This document shows, one piece after another, positions 10,311 to 19,131 of a stretch of 40,121 bases of DNA. The DNA lies in contig CACKQA010000002.1 of assembly GCA_902602135.1 (NCBI GenBank), forward strand, positions 1 to 40,121. The letters are read 5' to 3'. Under the pieces are notes generated by a model. The model had not been told where the DNA came from, ran no database searches, and saw only the letters and a list, made by a program, of their open reading frames with translations. The translations under genes were made by a program, and so were the position numbers. Source of the stretch: an uncultured Alphaproteobacteria bacterium. Its GTDB lineage: Bacteria > Pseudomonadota > Alphaproteobacteria > HIMB59 > GCA-002718135. Within the stretch, counting starts at the first letter, position 1; every line of letters starts with the position of its first letter.

Positions 10311-11235
10311 TATTATTTTCCTGTATAAGTTTAATAAAAATCTCTTCCAGTGAACTTTGCTCGGTATTAATGTCTTTTATTTTATAACCATCTTTTTTTA
10401 AATCATTTAATAGCTCAGTAATATCAGTTGTGTTTGAGTTTAAATTATAGGTATGTGAGATAATTTTATTTGTTTGATCTAAAGTAAAATTATATTTTGA
10501 TAAATTACCATTTATTTTTTTTACAGATTCAAATAATTCAATTTTAATTGTTTTTTCTCCAAGTTTTTTAATTAATTTATCTTTTTCATCCACTAAAATA
10601 ATTTTACCATCGTTTATAACTGCTACTCTATCACTTAACTCTTCCGCTTCTTCAATATAATGTGTTGTTAAAATAATTGTTACTCCATCTTTATTTAATT
10701 TTTTAACAACATCCCACATGTCTTTGCGTAATTCCACATCCACACTAGCTGTTGGTTCATCTAAAAATAATAATTTAGGTTGGTGAGATAAAGCTTTAGC
10801 TATCAGAACCCTTCTTTTCATTCCACCCGATAGTTCTTTAATTTTATTATCTTTTTTATCCCATAAGGATAGTTGTTTTAAAAGCTTTTCTATATAATTG
10901 TGATCAGGCTTCTTACCAAAAAGACCTCTAGAATAATTAACATTGTTCCAGACAGTTTCAAAAGATTCAAGATTTAATTCTTGAGGAACAATACCTGTTA
11001 TTTTTCTAGTAGTTCGATAATTTTTTACAATATCCATATTATTAATTTTTATTGTTCCTGTATTGAAATTTACTATTCCACAAATTGAGTTTATCAGTGT
11101 TGATTTTCCTGCACCATTTGGTCCAAGTAGAGCAAATATTTCTCCTTCTTTAATGTTGAGATTTACATTTTCTAATGCTTTAACTGAATTTTTATAAAAT
11201 TTAGTTACATTATTTATCTCAAGTATATTCTTCAT
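10291..11235 (-). CDS. ABC transporter ATP-binding protein (YadG-like, partner of the ABC-2 permease)
   Basis: Walker A GPNGAGKST, signature LSGGMKRR, Walker B LLFLDEPT and H-loop TTHY, plus a C-terminal accessory domain. Confidence 0.88.
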   Translation of the reverse strand: MKNILEINNVTKFYKNSVKALENVNLNIKEGEIFALLGPNGAGKSTLINSICGIVNFNTGTIKINNMDIVKNYRTTRKITGIVPQELNLESFETVWNNVNYSRGLFGKKPDHNYIEKLLKQLSLWDKKDNKIKELSGGMKRRVLIAKALSHQPKLLFLDEPTASVDVELRKDMWDVVKKLNKDGVTIILTTHYIEEAEELSDRVAVINDGKIILVDEKDKLIKKLGEKTIKIELFESVKKINGNLSKYNFTLDQTNKIISHTYNLNSNTTDITELLNDLKKDGYKIKDINTEQSSLEEIFIKLIQENNNELVRN

Positions 11236-11238
11236 AAT

Positions 11239-12417
11239 TTAAATTTTTGTTATCAGATTTGGAATATTTTGTTTAAATTTGAAATAACCTTTTTTTGAAA
11301 AAATCCAACTATTAACATCATATTTTCTATTAAAAATTATAAAATTAACTGATGGATATTTTGAAATTATTTTTTTATAAATTTTTTTCCAATTTCCTTT
11401 AGTAACATAGGGTAAATATATTTCTTGAATTTGAAATTTTTTTATCCATTTATCTAAATCTTCATAATAATTTTCAAATTCAATATCAATTTTAATATTT
11501 TTATAAAAATCATCATCATTAAAACATGAAATACAAATACCTCTTATATGTTTGATTATTTTTTCAGAGAAATTATGATCATTATAATCTTCTAGTGGTA
11601 AACCTGTAAAAACATTTACTTTTGTATGATTTAAATCTTTTAGAATATTTAATTCATCAGTTGGTATTAAAATATATTTTATTTCCTCTAAATTATAATC
11701 AGAATTTAAGTGTAGTTCATTTACATTATAAATTTTTTCTTCAATTAAAGGATAAGCATTCTCATTTAAAATTTCATTACTTGATATTTTAATATTACTA
11801 TATTTTTCTATATTACTTTTTCTTGCCAAATAATTTTTACCTTTAGTCTGTATACCGGCAACCCATCTCCAAGATAATGTATTAGAAGCTGGATCGCCAT
11901 CCAATAAATGCTGCATAAAAAAATCTGCACCAAGTTGCCAAGGTAAATTAAGAGTAAAAATCCAAATTGAGGCAAACCACATTCTTACATGATTATGCAA
12001 GTATCCATTTTCTTTTAGATTATTTATCCAATTATTAAAAAAAGAGAGATTTGTATTTCCAGAAATTGCATTTAAATAAAATTTTTTATTACCATATTCT
12101 TCAATTAATTTATTTCTTTCTTCTAAGTAATCAGAATAAACCGATGGTCTATGTTCAAGCCAGCCTTTCCAATAAGTTCTCCAATAAATTTCTTGAATAA
12201 ATTTTTCACATTCTCTAAGTTCATATTTTTTTAAGACTTTATCTAGAACTTGTTCTTCAGATATTAATCTATATCTTATGAATGGGGATAATAGAGACGT
12301 GGTATTATTATTAGATCTGTCTTCACTGTAATTTCTATTTACTTCATAATATTTACCTGTTTTATGCAAATAAGATAAGAGTTGCTCTTCAGCAAAGCTG
12401 ATATTTGATTTAAACAT
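11239..12417 (-). CDS. Atypical photolyase/cryptochrome-homology protein: FAD-binding helical domain at the N-terminus plus an uncharacterised C-terminal domain of about 185 aa
   Basis: Residues ~8-207 carry photolyase FAD-domain blocks in canonical order: TSLLSPFIRYRLIS, FIQEIYWRTYW, NGYLHNHVRMWFASIW and LLDGDPASNTLSWRWVAG. There is no N-terminal alpha/beta domain upstream of them. Confidence 0.7.
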   Translation of the reverse strand: MFKSNISFAEEQLLSYLHKTGKYYEVNRNYSEDRSNNNTTSLLSPFIRYRLISEEQVLDKVLKKYELRECEKFIQEIYWRTYWKGWLEHRPSVYSDYLEERNKLIEEYGNKKFYLNAISGNTNLSFFNNWINNLKENGYLHNHVRMWFASIWIFTLNLPWQLGADFFMQHLLDGDPASNTLSWRWVAGIQTKGKNYLARKSNIEKYSNIKISSNEILNENAYPLIEEKIYNVNELHLNSDYNLEEIKYILIPTDELNILKDLNHTKVNVFTGLPLEDYNDHNFSEKIIKHIRGICISCFNDDDFYKNIKIDIEFENYYEDLDKWIKKFQIQEIYLPYVTKGNWKKIYKKIISKYPSVNFIIFNRKYDVNSWIFSKKGYFKFKQNIPNLITKI

Positions 12418-12428
12418 TTTAGTATTAA

Positions 12429-12815
12429 TTAATCGTCAGGTAATTTTTTAGAGCGCCTATTAAGTATTTCCATGTGACGTACTCTTAATACTACAATTGC
12501 GATTGCTAATATCAATATTGCTACAGACTCATACACATAGGCAGATGGATCCACATCTTTTCTTTGCATAATTATCATTCTAGCTAGAGCTGTCATTGCA
12601 ATGAAAAGAGGATAGCTCATTCTTATCATTTTAGAAACCCAGTATTCTTTAATCATTCCAATAATTTCAATATAAATAAACAGCAAAAGAATGTCTGCAA
12701 GCGTTACTTTATAAACTGCAATCATACCTTGCACTTCCATTCCAATCGCTATGATTGTACAAACAATAAGTACAGACAGTACTATTTTTTCTAATAACTC
12801 AAAATAATTATTCAT
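12429..12815 (-). CDS. PsiE-family (phosphate-starvation-inducible E-like) small inner-membrane protein
   Basis: Four-TM protein of 128 aa. LLLFIYIEIIGMIKEYW...YPLFIAMTALARMIIM...AILILAIAIVVL aligns by eye with the E. coli PsiE core (YFLYFEFIALIVKYF...YIGITAIVRLIIV). Confidence 0.65.
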   Translation of the reverse strand: MNNYFELLEKIVLSVLIVCTIIAIGMEVQGMIAVYKVTLADILLLFIYIEIIGMIKEYWVSKMIRMSYPLFIAMTALARMIIMQRKDVDPSAYVYESVAILILAIAIVVLRVRHMEILNRRSKKLPDD

Positions 12816-13178
12816 TTAAATTCTTTCTATTTTATTTAGTTGATTCTTGTTTTTGTAAAATAGAATTAAGGCAAAAACTTCATATAAAAACCAAGAAACT
12901 TGATAAATCACAGGTTTTCTTATTATTTTAGCCAAAAAACTATATCGTGGTATTTCAGACCACATTTCAATAAATGCATCAACTCCACTATAAACCTTGT
13001 TATTTTTTACAGTGTGTAAACGTCTTAATAATTCTTTAGCATTTTTGGCGGTATCTTCTTTTGATTTTTTCTCAGTACTTATATCAATCCATTCAAGATT
13101 ATTTTCTAGTTTTTTGTAATGATTTATTTCAAATCTACAAATACTGCATGAATTATTAAAATAAACTTTAGTAGCCAT
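12816..13178 (-). CDS. DCC-family thiol-disulfide oxidoreductase (DUF393)
   Basis: N-terminal CxxC in VYFNNSCSICRFEI, a later GVDAF string and a hydrophobic C-terminal tail. About 120 aa, typical of the DCC family. Confidence 0.65.
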   Translation of the reverse strand: MATKVYFNNSCSICRFEINHYKKLENNLEWIDISTEKKSKEDTAKNAKELLRRLHTVKNNKVYSGVDAFIEMWSEIPRYSFLAKIIRKPVIYQVSWFLYEVFALILFYKNKNQLNKIERI

Positions 13179-13192
13179 AATAGAAAAATAAT

Positions 13193-13987
13193 TTAAATAA
13201 ATTGAAATTCAATATCCTCTAATTGCTCAAATTGAGCTTTTATATGGTTGCCAGAGTAAATTTTTGATGGTTTTGTACATGAGCCAGATGAAATAAATTG
13301 ACCTTTAAGTAATGTTTCACCTTTTTTTGTAAGATTATTGATTAACCATAAAGCGGCATTTAAAGGATTATTTAAAACATTTTTTGTGTTTCCTGAGTCC
13401 ATTATTTTGTTATCTATAATTAAAGTAACTTTAAGGTCATTGAGATTGACATCATTAATGTTAAATATTTTTTTATTACGTAACCAATATTCAGATGCTC
13501 CATTTGTTGAAATAACATTTCTTGCACCAATTTCGGGTAATGGTTTTGCAAATCTAAAATCGTTTATTTCAATTGAGCATACTAATCCGTCTAATAATAA
13601 ATCTATGTCGTCTATAGTGTATGGTGCTTTTGAGATATCAATGTCTTCTTTAACTCTAAAACTTATTTCTGGTTCTGCATATGGTTCAAAAAAATTTTTA
13701 GAATGTAATTTTTTTGCATTAACTAAACTGTATCTGCTGTATAAATTTCCATAAAAAGGTTCGTTCATATTTAAAACTTCTTGTGCTGTTAGAGATGTGG
13801 CTCCAATTTTTTTTCCAATACAAATATTATCTTTTAGTTCTAAGTATCTAAGTTTTAAATTATCTTGAATTGCATAAGCTTCATCAATTGTTTGAGGTTC
13901 TAGATTTTTTAAAGAACTTAAGCCAGTTTTATTCAATCTATGTTCAAATAAAATTTTTGATGCTTCTTGAATATCTTCTTTATTCAT
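13193..13987 (-). CDS. 2-oxopent-4-enoate hydratase / 4-oxalocrotonate decarboxylase family (MhpD/XylJ/HpcG-like)
   Basis: AYAIQD, IGKKIGATSLTAQE, EPEISFRV, IEINDFR and C-terminal NNPLNAALWLINNL...GQFISSGS match the family pattern. Its start overlaps the upstream stop (ATGA). Confidence 0.75.
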   Translation of the reverse strand: MNKEDIQEASKILFEHRLNKTGLSSLKNLEPQTIDEAYAIQDNLKLRYLELKDNICIGKKIGATSLTAQEVLNMNEPFYGNLYSRYSLVNAKKLHSKNFFEPYAEPEISFRVKEDIDISKAPYTIDDIDLLLDGLVCSIEINDFRFAKPLPEIGARNVISTNGASEYWLRNKKIFNINDVNLNDLKVTLIIDNKIMDSGNTKNVLNNPLNAALWLINNLTKKGETLLKGQFISSGSCTKPSKIYSGNHIKAQFEQLEDIEFQFI

Positions 13988-14697
13988 ACTTGAATTGCGT
14001 ACTTATTAATTTCTTCATATATGTCTAAACATTCTTTATAAATATTTTCATAAGTTTTAGGTACAATATATTCTTTAGAATTTTTGGTATTAAAAGTAGT
14101 AGAGGAAATTACATCTTGATACCAAACTTTAGACCAAATACCATCAGTATCTCTATAGCCTTTTGGCCAATTCAGCATGTTTTGATCAAAATCTAAATTT
14201 AATTTTTGACACAAAATTTTTAAATACTTTTCAGGATTTGCTAATAAATAATCTGAGTTTATTATTATAGGTTCTTTTGAATTTAATAATTTAAAAATTT
14301 CATATAGTTTTTTAAAACCTACATCTTGAATTGATTGTAAAGTATTTTTTTTTAAATATGAGACAATTACTTTAGCAGGATCACGGATTAAAAAACAATT
14401 TATACCTCTATTGATCCAATCTAAGCGTGTTTCATCTAAAATATGATGAGTCATATGTTTCTGGTAAAATATTTTATAACTTCTATCATCTGTAGTAATT
14501 AATTTAATTATCTCATCTTCATCAGTCTGATAGTGATTTATAATTTCATCTTTCATTGGATGATTTAAGTTAGTTTTTTTTAAATAATATGCATAAAAAG
14601 GTTCATCATAAACCTTTGTGTCTTTTCTATTTTCAAAAGATCGCATCAATGCAGTACTAATATTTCTAGGCCCAGACCAAACAAATAAATTAATCAT
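13984..14697 (-). CDS. Sulfotransferase-fold (P-loop-like) protein of unknown specificity
   Basis: N-terminal WSGPRNISTAL resembles the 5'-phosphosulfate-binding loop. LIRDPAKVIVSY resembles the 3'-phosphate-binding RxPxxxxxS motif of PAPS-dependent sulfotransferases. The assignment is at fold/family level only. Confidence 0.5.
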   Translation of the reverse strand: MINLFVWSGPRNISTALMRSFENRKDTKVYDEPFYAYYLKKTNLNHPMKDEIINHYQTDEDEIIKLITTDDRSYKIFYQKHMTHHILDETRLDWINRGINCFLIRDPAKVIVSYLKKNTLQSIQDVGFKKLYEIFKLLNSKEPIIINSDYLLANPEKYLKILCQKLNLDFDQNMLNWPKGYRDTDGIWSKVWYQDVISSTTFNTKNSKEYIVPKTYENIYKECLDIYEEINKYAIQV

Positions 14698-15588
14698 TTA
14701 AAATAAGTTATTATAAAAATTAGTTAATTCTTGAGTAATAGGATTCTTCTTTAATGAGTATTTTTTTTTATTTATTTGATTTACTGGGACAATTCCTGCG
14801 AAAGATCCGGTACAAAATGCTTCATCAGCATTTAATACTTCATTTAATTTAAAATTTTTTTCTTTTACTTTTATTTTATTTTTTTTACATAGATCTATAA
14901 TTTTTTGTCTTGTAATTCCTGTAACACAATATTTCCCCGTTGAAGTAAAGACTGTCTTATTTTTAACAAAGAAGAAATGCGTACTATTATTTGTAGCGAC
15001 ATTTCCATTAATATCAAACATTAGTGCTTCATCAGCATTTTTTTTATTAGCTTCAATACATGCTAGTATACAATTTAATTTACTAAGTGAATTTATTTGT
15101 GGATTTTGAACATTGATTGGTCCTCTAATAGTTTTTACTGTAACTAATTTTAATCCTTTCTTGTATGCTTTAATATCTGGTTTTTTATATTCAGGGATTA
15201 TGATTATAGTTGGTTTAGATATTGTAACTTTAGGTGATTGATAGGGTGTTGATTTAATGCCCCTAGAAACAATTATTCTTAAATGAACATCTGTTTTCAT
15301 TTTATTTATTTTGATAGTCTTTATTAGTGCTTCTGAAAGTTTTTTACGTGTCAAATGTATTTTTAAGTCAATAAGCTTTGCATCTTTATATAATCTATCT
15401 AGATGTTCTTTTAGAAAAATGAAATTATTATTATGATATCTTAACGAATCCCAGATACCATCACCAAGCATTGTGGATGAATCAAAAACTGATATTTTGG
15501 CATCTTTTCTTTTATAAAATTTTCCGTTGATATAAATTTTAATATTTTTATTTCTTTTATCATTTACAAAATCATGACTTGAAACCAT
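14698..15588 (-). CDS. Class IV (fold-type IV) PLP aminotransferase, branched-chain / D-amino-acid aminotransferase family
   Basis: MLGDGIWDSLRYHN...HLDRLYKDAKLIDL at the N-terminus, RIIVSRG, and the C-terminal N..HFFFVKNKTVFT...VTGITRQKIIDL pattern typical of class IV enzymes. Confidence 0.8.
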   Translation of the reverse strand: MVSSHDFVNDKRNKNIKIYINGKFYKRKDAKISVFDSSTMLGDGIWDSLRYHNNNFIFLKEHLDRLYKDAKLIDLKIHLTRKKLSEALIKTIKINKMKTDVHLRIIVSRGIKSTPYQSPKVTISKPTIIIIPEYKKPDIKAYKKGLKLVTVKTIRGPINVQNPQINSLSKLNCILACIEANKKNADEALMFDINGNVATNNSTHFFFVKNKTVFTSTGKYCVTGITRQKIIDLCKKNKIKVKEKNFKLNEVLNADEAFCTGSFAGIVPVNQINKKKYSLKKNPITQELTNFYNNLF

Positions 15589-15706
15589 TATTATTTTTAT
15601 CTTAATAGCAAATATTGTCTACTTAATAATCTTATTAACTATTATTGCAAATCAAAGAGTGACATGTGATCAAATTAATATAACCAATTAGTAATTATCT
15701 TTTGTA

Positions 15707-16867
15707 ATGTTTAATAAAAATTTTATTGTTATTTGTATTTCTTCTACAATTGCGGCTTTCCCACCTATGGCTGTAGTTTTATTAGGTGGAATTATAACAT
15801 CCCAGATAATGATGAAAGATTCATTAGCAACAGTGCCGATGACATTAATGATTATAGGTATAGCAATAAGTGCACCTTTAGCTTCTAGGTTTATGAGTAT
15901 TTGGGGAAGACAGAAAGGATTTTTATTCTCATCATTACTAAGTTGTTTAGCATTAATTCTTTGTTCATTTGCAATTTATTTAGAAAATTTTTTTATTTTT
16001 GCATTAGGTAATTTTTTAATTGGCAGCTCACAAGCTTTTATTCATCAGTATCGTTTTGCTGCATCTGAATCAGTTACAAAAGAATTTATTCCAAGATCTA
16101 TTTCAATTATTTTATTATTAGGTATAGTATCAGCATTACTTTCATCTAATTTTGCTGAATATTTTAAAGATTTTTTTCCAAATAATTTATTTCTTGGTAG
16201 TTATATTTTCTTATCGTTTACAGCAATCATTCCTTTCTTTGTTCTTCTCTTTTACAAGGAAACAAAAACCTCTGATAATAAAAGTAAATTTGAAATTGAA
16301 ACTATTTTTAAACTTTTAAAAAATATTAAAATTATACAATCAATCGTAAGCGCTGGTCTTGGTTATTTTACAATGGCAATAATTATGACTGCCACCCCTT
16401 TACATATGCATCTTGTTAATAAATTTACTTTATTTGAAACAAGTATAGTAATTCAACTTCACGTCATTGGTATGTTTTTACCCTCTCTATTTTCTGGAGA
16501 TTTAATAAAAAGGTTTGGAAATACGAATATTATATATGCAGGAGTAGGTATTTTGTTTTTAAGTATATTCACTAATACATTCTTTGATTTTTACTATTCT
16601 TATATGTTAGGTTTGATACTTCTTGGAATTGGATGGAATTTTTTATTTGTTTCAGGTTCAAGTTTGTTGGTTGTTTCTTATGAAGAAAAGGATAAATTTA
16701 CAGCACAAGGTTTAAATGATTTTATTGTTTTTTCTACTCAAGGTATAGGATCATTATCTGCTGGTTTTCTTTTATATTTTTCAAATTGGGCCGTTATAAA
16801 TCTATTATGTGTTCCACTTTTAATAATCGTTTTACTAGTCTCCATGTTTGCAGCTAGACATAATTAA
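15707..16867 (+). CDS. Major facilitator superfamily transporter
   Basis: About 12 hydrophobic segments in a 6+6 arrangement with a central loop (KETKTSDNKSKFE). 386 aa. Confidence 0.72.
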   Translation: MFNKNFIVICISSTIAAFPPMAVVLLGGIITSQIMMKDSLATVPMTLMIIGIAISAPLASRFMSIWGRQKGFLFSSLLSCLALILCSFAIYLENFFIFALGNFLIGSSQAFIHQYRFAASESVTKEFIPRSISIILLLGIVSALLSSNFAEYFKDFFPNNLFLGSYIFLSFTAIIPFFVLLFYKETKTSDNKSKFEIETIFKLLKNIKIIQSIVSAGLGYFTMAIIMTATPLHMHLVNKFTLFETSIVIQLHVIGMFLPSLFSGDLIKRFGNTNIIYAGVGILFLSIFTNTFFDFYYSYMLGLILLGIGWNFLFVSGSSLLVVSYEEKDKFTAQGLNDFIVFSTQGIGSLSAGFLLYFSNWAVINLLCVPLLIIVLLVSMFAARHN

Positions 16868-16916
16868 ATTTGATAATTCACTTTTAAATATTAATATTTT
16901 CACTATAGTTATTTTA

Positions 16917-17777
16917 ATGAGCAATGTAGGATTTATAGGTGTAGGCTATATGGGCTATGGTATGGCTAAAAATTTACTAAAAAAACATAATGTATATATA
17001 TTTGCTCATAAAAATAGAAAACCCATAAACAAATTAAAAAAAATTGGGGCCAAAGAATTAAAATCATATAATGAAATAAAAAAACATAAACTTGATTGTT
17101 TAATGATATGTGTAACAAATACACCTGTAGCATTAAATGTTGCAAAAAAAATTAAACAAGAACTCGATACTAAAACACTTGTAATAGACTTAACAACGCA
17201 TAATAAAAATGGCGCTGTAAAAATGGATAAAATTTTTAAATTAAAAAATATAAGATATAATTTTTGTGGAGTAATGGGAGGTCCTGTTCAAAGTGAGCAA
17301 GGTATATTAGGTGGTATTTATGGTGGTAAAAAAAGTAATTTTTTAAAATGTAAAAAATTTCTTAATTCTTTTTGTAAGTCTGTTTTTAATTTTGGTGATG
17401 TATCAAAAGCATCTTCTGCAAAATTATTATCTAACTTTTTATCATTGATGACAACTACTACTGTGATTGAGTTTTTTAAATCTGCAAAAAAGCTAAACAT
17501 TGATATTAAACTGTTATGTGATGTTGCTAGATTAGGTTCAGGAAATTCGGGTGCTTTAGATAGAATTGCTGATAAAGCTATAAAAGGTAATTACAAAGGA
17601 TATGTTTTTTCAGTAGATAATACATATAAAGATTTAAATTATATTAATGATCTTGTTTCTGATTTACCTAATGCTAATAAACTCTCAAAAATGGCTAAGT
17701 CATTTTATAAACAAGCTTCAATAAAAGGATTTGGTGATTTACTTGTCAGTGAATTAATTGATAAGGAAAAATATTAA
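16917..17777 (+). CDS. NAD(P)-dependent 3-hydroxyisobutyrate / 6-phosphogluconate dehydrogenase-like oxidoreductase
   Basis: Rossmann start VGFIGVGYMGYGMAKNL directly after ATG 16917. The track start at 16848 adds 23 residues that overlap the MFS gene end and have no homology logic. Confidence 0.72.
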   Translation: MSNVGFIGVGYMGYGMAKNLLKKHNVYIFAHKNRKPINKLKKIGAKELKSYNEIKKHKLDCLMICVTNTPVALNVAKKIKQELDTKTLVIDLTTHNKNGAVKMDKIFKLKNIRYNFCGVMGGPVQSEQGILGGIYGGKKSNFLKCKKFLNSFCKSVFNFGDVSKASSAKLLSNFLSLMTTTTVIEFFKSAKKLNIDIKLLCDVARLGSGNSGALDRIADKAIKGNYKGYVFSVDNTYKDLNYINDLVSDLPNANKLSKMAKSFYKQASIKGFGDLLVSELIDKEKY

Positions 17778-17780
17778 TAA

Positions 17781-17951
17781 ATGGATAAGCTAGTTCCAAT
17801 TATTTATATGATTGGGGTACTATTATTGATCTTACCTTCTTTCTTAAGCTCTAATAGTAATTTTAAAACCTTTTTTACTAACTTATCGATTTGGGTAGCT
17901 ATTGTATTAGTTGTTTTATCTTTTTACTTTGCCTACAATTATTATCTTTGA
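17781..17951 (+). CDS. Possible 56-aa two-TM small membrane protein (below the ORF-track length cut-off)
   Basis: ATG lies 3 nt after the upstream stop. The translation is MDKLVPIIYMIGVLLLILPSFLSSNSNFKTFFTNLSIWVAIVLVVLSFYFAYNYYL, giving two clean hydrophobic helices. It fills most of an otherwise unusually long (241 nt) spacer. No homology support. Confidence 0.3.
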   Translation: MDKLVPIIYMIGVLLLILPSFLSSNSNFKTFFTNLSIWVAIVLVVLSFYFAYNYYL

Positions 17952-18018
17952 TTCATTAAAAGAATTTAATTTAATTAGATGTAGACTAACTTAATCTAAA
18001 TATTTATACGAGCAATTC

Positions 18019-19128
18019 ATGTCCAATCAATTTGTAGCTAAATCAAGAAGATTAAGAAGTACTATTTATTCTTCAAGAATTGAAAAGCAAGGGGTTACTT
18101 CTTATACTATCTATAATCATATGTTACTTCCCGCAGGTTTTGAGGGAAGTCTTGAAGAAACATATAACCATTTAAAAAATTATGTTCAAATATGGGATGT
18201 GGCAGCAGAGAGACAAATAGAAATAAAAGGCAAGGATGCATATAAATTAGTTCAATTAATGACATGCAGAGATTTAAGTAAGGCCAAAGAAGGTAAATGT
18301 TATTATTGTCCAATTATTGATGAAAATGGAGGTATGATTAATGATCCGGTAGTACTGAAATTCAATAATGAAAAATGGTGGATTTCAATTGCTGACTCAG
18401 ACGTTATGTTATTTGCCAAAGGTCTTGCAATAGGAAAAAAATTAGAAGTTTCTATTTTTGAACCTGATGTAAATATTATGGCCGTACAAGGTCCTAAGGC
18501 TTTTGATTTGTTAGAGAAAGTTTTTGGTAAAGAAATTTTAGAATTAAAATTTTATAATTTTAAATATTTTAATTTTAAAAATTCTAAACACTTAATTGCT
18601 CGATCCGGTTGGTCAAAACAGGGCGGTGTAGAAATTTACGTTGAAGACACTAAGTCCGGTTTAGAATTATACGATTTATTATTTGAAGAAGGTAAACAGT
18701 TTAATATCAAACCAGGGTGTCCTCATTTAATTGAAAGAATTGAAGGTGCTTTACTCTCTTATGGAAACGATATGGACATAAATGATAATCCCTTTGAATG
18801 TGGATTAGAAAAATTTGTTAATCTAGAAAATGATATTAAATTTCTTGGGAAAGAAAAATTAATTAAAATTAAAGAAAAAGGAATTAATAAAAAATTAATG
18901 GGTGTTAAAATTAATTTAGATAATATTAATTTAAGATCATCAATTCATTTAACAATAGATGGAAAAATAATTGGTGAAATAAGATCTGCAGTCTTTTCAC
19001 CTACATTCAAAATGGTTATTGGTATTGCAATGATAAATAAGCCGTACTTTATATCTAAAGATAAATTTGATATCATTATTGATAATAAAAATTACAAGGG
19101 AGAAATTTGCGATATTCCATTCGTATAA
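18019..19128 (+). CDS. dmdA: GcvT-family aminomethyltransferase, most likely DMSP demethylase
   Basis: 369 aa. The N-terminus [30 protein letters not shown], and later [16 protein letters not shown] and [20 protein letters not shown], resemble DmdA rather than canonical GcvT as I remember them. The length matches the Pelagibacter DmdA as I recall it. Confidence 0.72.
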   Translation: MSNQFVAKSRRLRSTIYSSRIEKQGVTSYTIYNHMLLPAGFEGSLEETYNHLKNYVQIWDVAAERQIEIKGKDAYKLVQLMTCRDLSKAKEGKCYYCPIIDENGGMINDPVVLKFNNEKWWISIADSDVMLFAKGLAIGKKLEVSIFEPDVNIMAVQGPKAFDLLEKVFGKEILELKFYNFKYFNFKNSKHLIARSGWSKQGGVEIYVEDTKSGLELYDLLFEEGKQFNIKPGCPHLIERIEGALLSYGNDMDINDNPFECGLEKFVNLENDIKFLGKEKLIKIKEKGINKKLMGVKINLDNINLRSSIHLTIDGKIIGEIRSAVFSPTFKMVIGIAMINKPYFISKDKFDIIIDNKNYKGEICDIPFV

Positions 19129-19131
19129 TTT

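Noticed and set aside
13338-13754. 138-aa plus-strand ORF inside the MhpD-like hydratase gene.
   Set aside because: It is embedded antisense to a gene with a clear family pattern. Its translation is low-complexity (Ser/Leu/Phe-rich) with no recognisable domain.
16848-16916. N-terminal 23-codon extension of the dehydrogenase-like ORF in the track.
   Set aside because: The extension overlaps the MFS gene end and precedes the Rossmann motif, which normally sits at the extreme N-terminus. ATG 16917 gives MSNVGFIGVGYMG, the canonical arrangement.
17952-18018. ttagat...atctaa 6-bp inverted repeat upstream of dmdA, considered as a regulatory site.
   Set aside because: The arms are short, the spacer is 13 nt and the arms cannot be extended. 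This is within chance expectation for AT-rich DNA.
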